Source: the human T2T-CHM13v2.0 reference genome, Homo sapiens. From it: 64,000 nucleotides of DNA. The translations under genes were made by a program, and so were the position numbers. Below, piece after piece: positions 17,270 to 35,285 of the stretch. How positions within the stretch are numbered: the stretch's first letter is position 1; each line of letters starts with the position of its first letter. The stretch lies in the NCBI RefSeq assembly GCF_009914755.1, contig NC_060932.1. The stretch is one strand, 5' to 3'. The notes below the pieces were generated by a model, which was not told the origin of the DNA, ran no database searches, and worked only from the letters and a program-made list of their open reading frames with translations.

Positions 17270-18480
17270 GAAAAAAGTAAAAATCTTCTGGACCTAGAGA
17301 TTGAATGAGTTCTTAGACTCAACACCAAAAGCACCATTTATAAAAGAAAAAAATCAGTAAATTGGATTTCATCAAATTTAAAAACTTTTGCTCTGTAAAA
17401 GACCTTGTTCAGAAGATGAAAAGATAAGCTACAGACTGGCAGGAAATGTTTGTGATCTATCCATCTGAAAAGGGATTGATATCCAGAATATACAAGAAAC
17501 TCGAACATCTCAACAACAACAACAAAAATCTGATTTAAACATGTCATACAAATGAACCGAATGACATTTCTCAAAAGACATACAGATGGCCAACAAATAT
17601 ATGGAAAAAATGCTCAACATCACTAATCATCAGGGAAATATAATCAAAACCACAATGAAGTATTACCTCACCCCAGTTAGGATGGCTATTGTCAAAAAGA
17701 AAAAAATAACATACTGGTAAGGATATGGAGAAAACAATGTACTGTTGGAAGGAATGAAAACTGTTACAGCCACTGTGGATAATGGTATGGAGGTTCCTCA
17801 AAAAACTACAGATAGAATACCAGATGATCCAGCAATTTTACAACTGAGAAATTTATCCAAAGGAAAGCAAATCCGTCTGTGGAAGAGATATCTGCGCCCT
17901 GTGTTTATTGCAGCACCATTCACAGTAGCCAAGATATGCAGTCAACTCAAGTGTCCAACAACAGATTAATGCACAAAGAAAACATGGTACATATATACAA
18001 TGGAATACTATTCAGCCGTGAAAAGAATAAAAAGCAACATGGATGGAACCAGGGGACATGATGTTCGTGAAATAAGCAAGGAACGGAAAGTTAAACGCGG
18101 CATGTTCTCATTCACATGTGAAAGCTAAAAAAAAGCTGATCTCATACAAGTAAAAAGTAGAACAGAGGATACTGAGGCTGGGAAGGGAGGTGGGAAGGAG
18201 ATAGGGAGAGTTTTGTTGAAGGTTGCAAAATTACAGCTAGATAGAATAAGTTTTAGCATTCTATACTACTGTAGGATGACTACAGCTAACAGTTATATAT
18301 TGCAAATAGCTAGAAGGAGGATATTGGATGTTCCCAACACAAATCAATGATATGATGGATGTGCTAATTACCCTGATCTGATCACTATACATTATACGTG
18401 TTGAAATATCACTATGTACCATATGAATATATATAATTATTATTTATAAATTAAAAACCATCCCATTAGAAAATGGGCAA
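17270..18480 (+). mobile_element. Old L1 (L1MA/L1MB) ORF2 C-terminal and 3'UTR fragments
   Basis: Degenerate L1 motifs: GACATACAGATGGCCAAC..ATGCTCAACATCACTAATCATCAGGGAAAT, TGTTTATTGCAGCACCATTCACAGTAGCCAAGAT, ATGGAATACTATTCAGCC, and an L1MA-type 3' end CTAATTACCCTGATCTGATC. Confidence 0.8.
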
Positions 18481-18518
18481 GTATCCCAGCACTTTGGGAG
18501 GCTGAGGCAAGTGGATCA

Positions 18519-18855
<337 letters not shown>

Positions 18856-19136
18856 TCAAGGTTGCAGTGAGTATATAATGGAGCCACTGCACTCCAGCCT
18901 GGGTGACAGATCGAGACCCTGTCTCCAAAAAGAAAAAAAAGACAAGAGCCATCTTGAAGGGTCTTCCACTGGCCAAATCACGAACAGGTTGAGGATCAAC
19001 ATAATGAGAACACAATATTACATATTACATTTCTTTGAATAGAAGAGGAATCCACGAGTCCTCACTGATAAAAATAAATAGGTTAAGATAAAGCTTTTCC
19101 CTACAATCAATGATGGGATTAGAAAATCACCACTTA

Positions 19137-20063
<927 letters not shown>

Positions 20064-20089
20064 TCACCATTTAGCAATCATCATGGTGA

Positions 20090-20396
20090 TAATTAATTCA
20101 GAGATATAAACAATCCAAAACTAGTGGGAGAAAGTTGGAAAAGGAATAGGTATACAAAGTCTCAAAGGATCTCCCCATGAACTATGCATTCAATACAAAG
20201 AGGAGAAGAATGATTTGGCAGTGGAGAAGCCTGGCCACCTCCACCTTAATCAAGGGATCAAGATGAGCATCACCAGTCCTGGCACAAACTGGCATCGCAT
20301 GCCACCTGGTTCTTTTGTGATGCCAAAAAAAGAATCCAGCTTCACCCCTGGGTTGCTACTGCCCAAAATGTGCAACTGAACAAAACCATGGGGCAA
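20090..20396 (+). mobile_element. Ancient L1MC/L1MD 3'UTR, left flank of the minisatellite
   Basis: GTGGAGAAGCCTGGC..CACCTTAATCAAGGGATCAAG..CATCACCAGT..GCCCAAAATG matches my recollection of the L1MC/MD 3'-end consensus (gtggagaaacctggc..caccttaaccaagtgatcaa..catcaccagt..gccaaaaatg). Confidence 0.65.
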
Positions 20397-23300
20397 CCAG
20401 ACAGCCTGCAGTGGAGGAATATTCTACCTGACAGCCCGCGGTGGAGGAATATTGTACCGGACAGCCCGCGGAGGAGGAATATTCTACCGGACAGCCCGCG
20501 GCGGGGAATATTCTACTGGACAGCCCGCACTGCAGGAATATTCTACCGGACAGCCCGCGGTGGAGGAATATTCTACTGGACAGCCCGCACTGGAGGAATA
20601 TTCTACCGGACAGCCCGCGGTGGAGGAATATTCTACCGGACAGCCCGCGGCGGGGAATATTCTACCGGACAGCACGCAGTGGAGGAATATTGTACCGGAC
20701 AGCCCGCGGTGGAGGAATATTCTACCGGACAGCCCGCGGTGGACGAATATTGTACCGGACAGCCCGCGGCAGGGAATATCGTACCGGACAGCCCTCGGTG
20801 GAGGAATATCGTACTGGACAGCCCGCGGTGGAGGAATATTCTACCGGACAGCCCGCGGTGGAGGAATATTCTACCGGACAGCCCGCGGTGGAGGAATATT
20901 CTACCAGACAGCCCGCGGCGGGGAATATTCTACCGGACAGCCCGCGGTGGAGGAATATTCTACCTGACAGCCCTCGGTGGAGGAATATTCTACCGGACGG
21001 CCCGCGGTGGAGGAATATTCTACCGGACGGCCCGCGGCGGAGAATATTGTACCAGACGGCCCGCGGTGGAGGAATATTGTACCAGACAGCCCGCGGTGGA
21101 GGAATATTCTACCGGACGGCCCGTGGCGGGGAATATTCTACCGGACAGCCCGCAGTGGAGGAATATTCACCGGACAGCCCGCAGTGTAGGAATATTCTAC
21201 CGGACAGCCCTCGGTGGAGGAATATTCTACCGGACAGCCCTCGGTGGAGGAATATTCTACGGGACAGCCCTCGGTGGAGGAATATTCTATCGGACAGCCC
21301 GCGGCAGGGAATATTGTACCGGACAGCCCGCGGTGGAGGAATATTGTACCGGACAGCCCGCGGTGGAGGAATATTGTACCGGACAGCCCGCGGTGGAGGA
21401 ATATTGTACCGGACAGCCCGCGGTGGAGGAATATTGTACTGGACCGCCCGCGGCGGGGAATATTCTACCGGACGGCCCGCGGTGGAGGAATATTCTACCG
21501 GACGGCCCGCGGCGGGGAATATTCTACCGGACGGCCCTCGGTGGAGGAATATTCTACCTGACAGCCCTCGGTGGAGGAATATTCTACCGGACAGCCCGCA
21601 GTGGAGGAATATTCTACCGGACAGCCCGCGGAGGGGGAATATTCTACCTGACAGCCCTCGGTGGAGGAATATTGTACCTGACAGCCCTCGGTGGAGGAAT
21701 ATTGTACCGGACAGCCCGCGGCGGGGAATATTCTACCGGACAGCCCGCGGCGGGGGAATATTGTACCGGACAGCCCTCGGTGGAGGAATATTCTACCGGA
21801 CAGCCCACGGCGGGGAATATTCTACCGGACAGCCCGCGGCGGAGGAATATTGTACCGGACAGCCCGCGGCGGAGGAATATTGTACCGGACAGCCCGCGGC
21901 GGGGGAATATTGTACCGGACAGCCCTCGGTGGAGGAATATTCTACCGGACAGCCCGCGGCGGAGGAATATTGTACCGGACAGCCCGCGGCGGAGGAATAT
22001 TGTACCGGACAGCCCGCGGCGGAGGAATATTGTACCGGACAGCCCGCGGCGGAGGAATATTCTACCGGACAGCCCGCGGTGGAGGAATATTGTACCGGAC
22101 AGCCCGCGGTGGAGGAATATTGTACCGGACAGCCCGCGGTGGAGGAATATTCTACCGGACAGCCCGCGGTGGAGGAATATTGTACCGGACGGCCCGCGGT
22201 GGAGGAATATTGTACCGGACGGCCCGCGGTGGAGGAATATTCTACCGGACGGCCCGCGGTGGAGGAATATTGTACCGGACGGCCCGCGGTGGAGGAATAT
22301 TGTACCGGACGGCCCGCGGTGGAGGAATATTCTACCGGACGGCCGCACTGGAGGAATATTCTACCTGACGGCCCGCGGTGGAGGAATATTCTACCGGACG
22401 GCCCTCGGTGGAGGAATATTCTACCGGACGGCCCGCGGTGGAGGAATATTCTACCGGACGGCCCGCGGTGGAGGAATATTCTACCGGACGGCCCGCGGTG
22501 GAGGAATATTCTACCGGACGGCCCGCGGTGGAGGAATATTCTACCGGACGGCCCGCGGTGGAGGAATATTCTACCGGACGGCCCTCGGTGGAGGAATATT
22601 CTACCGGACGGCCCTCGGTGGAGGAATATTCTACCGGACGGCCCTCGGTGGAGGAATATTCTACCGGACGGCCCTCGGTGGAGGAATATTCTACCGGACG
22701 GCCCGCGGCGGGGAATATTCTACCGGACGGCCCGCGGTGGAGGAATATTGTACCGGACGGCCCGCGGTGGAGGAATATTGTACCGGACGGCCCGCGGTGG
22801 AGGAATATTGTACCGGACGGCCCGCGGTGGAGGAATATTGTACCGGACGGCCCGCGGTGGAGGAATATTGTACCGGAAGGCCCGCGGTGGAGGAATATTG
22901 TACCGGACCGCCCACGGTGGAGGAATATTGTACCGGACCGCCCGCGGCGGGGAATATTCTATCGGACCGCCCGCGGCGGGGAATATTCTATCGGACAGCA
23001 CTCGGTGGAGGAATATTCTACCAGACAGCCCGCAGTGGAAGAATATTCTACCGGACAGCCCTCGGTGGAGGAATATTCTACCGGACAGCCCTCGGCAGGG
23101 AATATTCTACCGGACAGCCCGCGGTGGAGGAATACTGTACCGGACAGCCCGCGGTGGAGGAATATTGTACCGGACCGCCCGCGGCGGGGAGTATTCTACC
23201 GGACAGCCCGCAGTGGAGGAACATTCTACCGGACAGCCCTCGGTGGAGGAACATTCTACCGGACAGCCCTCGGTGGAGGAACATTGTACCGGACGGCCCG

Positions 23301-26300
23301 CGGTGGAGGAACATTGTACCGGACGGCCCGCGGTGGAGGAACATTGTACCGGACGGCCCGCGGTGGAGGAACATTGTACCGGACGGCCCGCGGTGGAGGA
23401 ACATTGTACCGGACGGCCCGCGGTGGAGGAACATTGTACCGGACGGCCCGCGGTGGAGGAACATTGTACCGGACGGCCCGCGGTGGAGGAACATTGTACC
23501 GGACGGCCCGCGGTGGAGGAACATTGTACCGGACGGCCCGCGGTGGAGGAACATTGTACCGGACGGCCCGCGGTGGAGGAACATTGTACCGGACGGCCCG
23601 CGGTGGAGGAACATTGTACCGGACGGCCCGCGGTGGAGGACTATTCTACCGGACGGCCCGCGGTGGAGGACTATTCTACCGGACGGCCCGTGGTGGAGGA
23701 CTATTCTACCGGACGGCCCGCGGTGGAGGACTATTCTACCGGACGGCCCTCGGCGGGGAATATTCTACCGGACGGCCCGCGGTGGAGGAATATTGTACCG
23801 GACGGCCCGCGGCGGGGAATATTCTATTGGACAGCCCGCGGTGGAGGAATATTGTACCGGACAGCCCGCGGTGGAGGAATATTGTACCGGACAGCCCGCG
23901 GTGGAGGAATATTGTACCGGACCGCCCGCGGTGGAGGAATATTGTACCGGACCGCCCGCGGTGGAGGAATATTGTACCGGACCGCCCGCGGTGGAGGAAT
24001 ATTGTACCGGACAGCCCGCGGTGGAGGAATATTCTACCGGACAGCCCGAGGCGGGGAATATTGTACCGGACAGCCCGCGGTGGAGGAATATTCTACCGGA
24101 CAGCCCGCGGCGGGGAATATTCTATCGGACAGCCCGCGGTGGAGGAATATTGTACCGGACAGCCCGCGGTGGAGGAATATTGTACCGGACAGCCCGCGGT
24201 GGAGGAATATTGTACCGGACAGCCCGCGGTGGAGGAATATTGTACCGGACAGCCCGCGGTGGAGGAATATTGTACCGGACAGCCCGCGGCGGGGAATATT
24301 GTACCGGACAGCCCGCGGTGGAGGAATATTCTACCGGACAGCCCTCGGTGGAGGAATATTCTACCGGACAGCCCTCGGTGGAGGAATATTCTACCGGACA
24401 GCCCTCGGTGGAGGAATATTGTACCGGACAGCCCGCGGTGGTGGAATATTGTACCGGACAGCCCGCGGTGGAGGAATATTGTACCGGACAGCCCGCGGTG
24501 GAGGAATATTGTACCGGACAGCCCGCGGTGGAGGAATATTGTACCGGACAGCCCGCGGTGGAGGAATATTGTACCGGACAGCCCGCGGTGGAGGAATATT
24601 GTACCGGACAGCCCGCGGTGGAGGAATATTGTACCGGACAGCCCGCGGTGGAGGAATATTGTACCGGACAGCCCGCGGTGGAGGAATATTGTACCGGACA
24701 GCCCGCGGTGGAGGAATATTGTACCGGACAGCCCGCGGTGGAGGAATATTGTACCGGACAGCCCGCGGTGGAGGAATATTGTACCGGACAGCCCGCGGTG
24801 GAGGAATATTGTACCGGACAGCCCGCGGTGGTGGAATATTGTACCGGACAGCCCGCGGCGGGGAATATTCTACCGGACAGCCCGCAGTGGAGGAATATTC
24901 TACCGGACAGCCCGCGGTGGAGGAATATTCTACCGGACAGCCCTCGGTGGAGGAATATTCTACCGGACAGCCCTCGGCGGGGAATATTCTACCGGACAGC
25001 CCGCGGTGGAGGAATATTGTACCGGACAGCCCGCGGTGGAGGAATATTGTACCGGACCGCCCGCGGTGGAGGAATATTGTACCGGACCGCCCGCGGTGGA
25101 GGAATATTGTACCGGACCGCCCGCGGCGGGGAATATTCTAACGGACAGCCCGCGGTGGAGGAATATTCTACCGGACAGCCCTCGGTGGAGGAATATTGTA
25201 CCGGACAGCCCTCGGTGGAGGAATATTGTACCGGACAGCCCGCGTTGGAGGAATATTGTACCGGACAGCCCGCGTTGGAGGAATATTGTACCGGACAGCC
25301 CGCGGTGGAGGAATATTGTACCGGACAGCCCGCGGTGGAGGAATATTGTACCGGACAGCCCGCGGCGGGGAATATTCTGTCGGACAGCCCGCGGTGGAGG
25401 AATATTGTACCGGACAGCCCGCGGTGGAGGAATATTGTACCGGACAGCCCGCGGCGGGGAATATTCTACCGGACAGCCCGCGGCGGGGAATATTCTACTG
25501 GACAGCCCGCAGTGGAGGAATATTCTACCGGACAGCCCGCGGTGGAGGAATATTGTACCGGACAGCCCGCGGTGGAGGAATATTGTACCGGACAGCCCGT
25601 GGCGGGGAATATTCTGTCGGACAGCCCGCGGTGGAGGAATATTGTACCCGACAGCCCGCGGTGGAGGAATATTGTACCGGACAGCCCGCGGCGGGGAATA
25701 TTCTACCGGACAGCCCGCGGTGGGGAATATTCTACCAGACAGCCCGCAGTGGAGGAATATTCTACCGGACAGCCCACAGTGGAGGAATATTCTACCGGAC
25801 AGCCCTCGGTGGAGGAATATTCTACCGGACAGCCCTCGGCGGGGAATATTCTACCGGACAGCCCGCGGTGAAGGAATATTGTACCGGACAGCCCGCGGTG
25901 GAGGAATATTGTACCGGACAGCCCACGGTGGAGGAATATTGTACCGGACAGCCCACGGTGGAGGAATATTGTACCGGACAGCCCGCGGTGGAGGAATATT
26001 GTACCGGACAGCCCGCGGTGGAGGAATATTGTACCGGACCGCCCGTGGCGGGGAATATTCTACCGGACAGCCCGCAGTGGAGGAATATTCTACCGGACAG
26101 CCCTCAGTGGAGGAATATTCTACCGGACAGCACTCGGTGGAGGAATATTCTACCGGACAGCCTTCGGTGGAGGAATATTCTACCGGACAGCCCTCGGTGG
26201 GGGAATATTCTACCAGACAGCCCTCGGTGGGGGAATATTCTACCGGACAGCCCGCGGCGGGGAATATTGTACCGGACAGCCCGCGGTGGAGGAATATTGT

Positions 26301-26809
26301 ACCGGACAGCCCGCGGTGGAGGAATATTGTACCGGACAGCCCGCGGTGGAGGAATATTGTACCGGACCGCCCGCGGTGGAGGAATATTGTACCGGACCGC
26401 CCGCGGTGGAGGAATATTGTACCGGACCGCCCGCGGTGGAGGAATATTGTACCGGACCGCCCGCGGCGGGGAATATTCTACCGGACGGCCCGCGGTGGAG
26501 GAATATTTTACCGGACGGCCCGCGGCGGGGAATATTCTACCGGACGGCCCTCGGTGGAGGAATATTCTCCCTGACGGCCCGCGGTGGAGGAATATTCTAC
26601 CGGACAGCCCGCGGTGGAGGAATATTCTACCGGACAGCCCGCGGAGGGGGAATATTCTACCTGACAGCCCTCGGTGGAGGAATATTTTACCTGACAACCC
26701 TCGGTGGAGGAATATTGTACCGGACAGCCCGCGGCGGGGAATATTCTACCGGACAGCCCGCGGCGGAGGAATATTGTACCGGACAGCCCTCGGCGGGGAA
26801 TATTCTACC
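20397..26809 (+). repeat. Large GC/CpG-rich minisatellite (VNTR), 30-bp unit with 29-bp variants, about 215 copies
   Basis: Consensus GGACAGCCCGCGGTGGAGGAATATT(G/C)TACC; the 29-bp variant is GGACAGCCCGCGGCGGGGAATATTCTACC. The array is uninterrupted for 6413 bp with no unique spacers. The unit is 60% GC with 3-4 CpG. Confidence 0.98.
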
Positions 26810-27020
26810 AGCAGCTGGTCGCTGGTCGTTAAGAGTCCAGAGAAGGAAGTCAAAGGCTGAAGAACTGTTCCTTACTGAAGGAGACGGAAGAGACTCAGAC
26901 ACACCTTTTGCGGAAAGGTCATCGTCATGGCAACAGGTGTGATTTGGGAACTTCATTGAGGTCTGTGGGCCAAGGGTATATGGGAGTTCTTTGTACAGTT
27001 CTTGTAACTATTCTGTAACT
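26810..27020 (+). mobile_element. Continuation of the L1MC/L1MD 3'UTR, right flank of the minisatellite
   Basis: AAGGCTGAAGAACTGTTCC..AAGGAGAC..AAGAGAC and GGGTATATGGGAGTTCTTTGTAC..TTCTTGTAACT resume the same L1M 3'-end consensus. Confidence 0.6.
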
Positions 27021-27492
27021 TTTTTTTTTAATGGGGTCTCGCTCAGTTGTCCAGGCTGGAGAGCAGTGGTACAACCACAGCTACTGCCACCTCGACCTCC
27101 CGGGCTGAAGCGATCCTCCCTGCCTCAGCCTACTGAGTAGCTGAGACTACTGGCACGGGCCACTATGCCCAGCCTGTAACTTTGAAATTAGTTCCGAAAA
27201 GTTTGGATCTTTCCATTTATGTCGGGAATTGTTAAGGCTCCCCACCTGGTGGTGATTGTGGACACTCCTGACACCATCAAAGCCAGGGCTTTCTCATCGC
27301 TGCTGGACACCAGCGGGCCCTGAAGGTGCACACTTTTGTCTCAGTCAAAAGTAGCCACCAGAGGGCATGATTTACCTAATTATGCACAGTACATATTCCC
27401 TGGGTCTGTGAGTCTCAAGCCTGTGCTTTCCTTTGGAGGATGGACACTGCCTTGGACTCAGACCCTCTTCCTCAGTTTCCATGGGGTTTTCA

Positions 27493-29890
<2,398 letters not shown>

Positions 29891-31210
29891 AAAGGCGCCC
29901 AGCCTTAGAGAATTTTTTTTAATTTTTGAAATTTATGTTATCTATCTATCTATCTATCATATAACTCTCTACCTATCAACCTATCTATTTTTTGATTCAA
30001 GGTCTCTCTCTGTCACCTGGGCTGGAGTACATGGCTCTCTGCAGCCTCGACCTCCTGGGCTCAAGTGATCCTCCCACCTCAGCCTCCGGAATACCTGGAA
30101 CTACAGGTGTACACCACCATGCCTGGTTAATTTTTTTTTCTTTTTCTTTTTGTTCTTCTTTTCTTTTTTTTTTTTTTTTTTTTGAGACAGAGTCTCACTC
30201 TATTGTTCAGGCTGGAGTGCAGTGGTACGATCCCGGCTCACAGCAAACTCTGCCTCCCATGTTTCAGTGATTCTTATGCCTCAGTCTCCTGAGTAGCTGG
30301 AATTACAGGCACACACCACCATGCCCGGCTAATTTTTGTATTTTTAGTAGAGAGGGGGTTTCATCATGTTGGCCAGGCTGGTCTCAAACTCCTGGCCTCA
30401 AGTGATCTGTCTGCCTTGGCCTCCCAAAGTGCTGGGATTACAGGTGTGAGCCACTGCACCTGGCCCTTGGCTAATTTTTTTTAATGTTTTTGTAGAGATG
30501 GGGGTCATACTGTGTTGCCCAGGCTGCGACCCTTCTTTGAGTTTTATGAGCTGTTGTTCTAGTAACTTATCAAGCCTGAGTGGGTAATGAGGACCTCTGA
30601 ATTTGTAGCCAGTTGGTTGGAGGTTAGGGTGGCCCTGGAAATCCCCAAACTTGTGGCTGGTGTCTAAAGTGAGAACAGTTTTGTGGAAGACTGTCCCCTC
30701 AACTTGTGAAGTGGGGCCTAACTCCAGGTAGTTAGTATCAGAAGTCGCTGCAGAAGGTAAATTGCCACGACCCTTTTGGAAAGTTATCTGGCATAAGCAC
30801 GTAAAAGTGAATATGTGCGTAGCCCTGATCCTAGAGACACTCTTGCACATGTACACCTGGAGACGTTAAATAAGGTTCTTAGCAGCATTTTTCATAATAG
30901 CAAAAATTGGAAATAATCCTAATGTCCAGAAACACGAAAATGGATGTATACATCCTGAGATACTCACACAATGGAATACTGCACAGCAATGAAAATCATG
31001 AATCCCACAAACATAATAATGAGTGAAAGTAGGTTATTATAAGCATGTACCTTTGGCCAGGTGCAGTGGCTCACGCCTGTAATCTCAGCACTTTGGGAGG
31101 CCGAGGCAGGTGGATGACCTGAAGTCAGGAGTTTGAGACCAGCCTAACCAACATAGCGAAACCCTGTCTCTACTAAAAACACAAAAATTAGCCGGGCGTG
31201 AGGGCGGTCA

Positions 31211-31683
<473 letters not shown>

Positions 31684-32249
31684 TGATCTGCCCGTCCGGC
31701 CACCCAGAGTGCTGGGATTACAGGCGGGAGCCACCGCACCCGGCCTCCATGGGGAGTTCTAATTGGTGTTCTCAGAGCAAGCAGGAATGAGTTCTGTGGA
31801 TTTGTGTTGTGACTGAGAGGTGGTCATTGCAGCAGCATATCTACGCAGTCTATGCAGGGTGTAGGGGTCTCTGGGGCAAGTCAACTAGGTTGTATGTAGA
31901 TGTCCCTTATTCAACCAGGAGGTGGTTGAATGAGGCAGATACCTGGGTCAATCCCATTGAAGAACTGGAGGAGGTGGAGAACTGGAAACTGTGACAAGGG
32001 TGACTGAGCCTTGATTTTGGAATGAGAAAATCCAACTTATATTCAAAATAGATGCCAAGGCAAAATTGCAATTCACTACACTTCCCATTCATTTTGAGCT
32101 CTTGAAGGTTTCCTTGACTTCCTTATAAGCTCAGTTTATATTTTAAAGGATGTTTCTTGTATCTTCTCTTGCATTTCTAGATTGTAGTAAGAAGGTTTTT
32201 TTAGAATATTTGGTCTACTATATGGCTAGAGGAGAAAAGTCTCTCCTAA

Positions 32250-32982
<733 letters not shown>

Positions 32983-33216
32983 TGAACTCCTGACATCGTG
33001 ATCTGCCCGCCTCAGCCTCCCAAAGTGCTGTGATTACAGGCATGAGCCACTGGGCCCAGCTCTCCCATTGGTTTTAAATTCAGCAATCATGATTTCAGTG
33101 TTCAATATATCTTTGTTCTTTGATTGCTCCTTTATCATGACATCTGTTCTTGTTTTATGGCTGCAGTATTTTCCTGAATTTTCAGAGCATAGTAACTAGA
33201 ATTCTTTAAAAGTTCT

Positions 33217-34457
<1,241 letters not shown>

Positions 34458-34686
34458 TTCCCTTCTGCTTCACATACTGTGTTACCTCTGTAAATAGGTA
34501 TATGCCTTTGGTTTACTTAATATCTAGTGATTCTTGGTTTTTGTTCACATTCATTAGTGACATCAGTTGATCAGTTTGGGTGACATCATGGGTTTCCTCA
34601 GTATTCAGGAAGGTATTTTTCTCTCCTAAACAGAGAGTTGTCTGTGGGCTCATGGGTGACTGCCAGAAAGCCAACAGGCTGCAAAT

Positions 34687-34860
34687 AGGGTTGCCAGATA
34701 AAATACAGGATACCCAGTTAAATTCGAATAGAGGATACGGTATTTACTATTTGTCTGAAATTCAAAATTTACTGTCCAGGATACAGTTAAATTTGAATTT
34801 CAGACAAACAACAAATACTTTTTGGTATCAACGTGTCCCAAATGTTACATGGGTGCCGTC
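34687..34860. mobile_element. hAT-family MITE (MER53-like), rearranged
   Basis: AGGGTTGCCAGATAAAATACAGGATACCCAGTTAAAT..TTTGAATTTCAGACAAACAAC. Recognition only. Confidence 0.55.
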
Positions 34861-35043
34861 TTTTTAACAGCTTTGATATATAGTTCAAATACAATCAACC
34901 CATTTAAAGTGTACAATTTAAATGTTTTAGTACAATTTAAATGTTTAGAATATTTACAATTTAAATATTCACAGTTGTGCAACTACCAGCATAATCTAAT
35001 TTTACAACATTTTCAACATCCAAAAAAGAAAGCCCAAACCCAT

Positions 35044-35285
35044 TGTCTCAATCAGCTCAGGTTGCCATAACAAAATACCATAGACTAGGTGGTTTAAACA
35101 ATAGAAATGTATTTTCTCACATTTTTGGAGACTAGGAAGAAGTCCAGGATCAAAGTACTGACAGATTTGGTTTTTGGTGAGTGCCCTTCCACTTCCTTAG
35201 AGGCCCCATCTCTAAACACAGTCACACTGGGGTTAGGACTTCAGCATATGCATTTTTTGGAGGGACACTGTTCGGTCCATAGCAC
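35044..35285 (-). mobile_element. MaLR LTR (MLT1A-like) inserted in a minus-strand L1MB fragment (about 34870-36470)
   Basis: GCCATAACAAAATACCATAGACTAGGTGGTTTAAACAATAGAAATGTATTTTCTCAC..GTCACACTGGGGTTAGGACTTCAGCATATG; flanking L1MB-type text TTTTTATGGCTGAATAATAT, ACATTTGGGTTGTTTCCACC. Confidence 0.65.

Noticed and set aside
20397-26809. CRISPR-like array of about 30-bp repeats
   Set aside because: The units are directly adjacent with no unique spacers, there are no cas genes, and the context is primate DNA. It is a minisatellite.
20370-26942. Giant ORFs (1833, 1566, 1398, 554 aa) as annotated protein-coding genes
   Set aside because: They are explained by a stop-free 30-bp unit. They overlap in all three frames and switch peptide type at each 29-bp unit, with no splice, promoter or poly(A) support. 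Kept only as a hypothesis in the findings.
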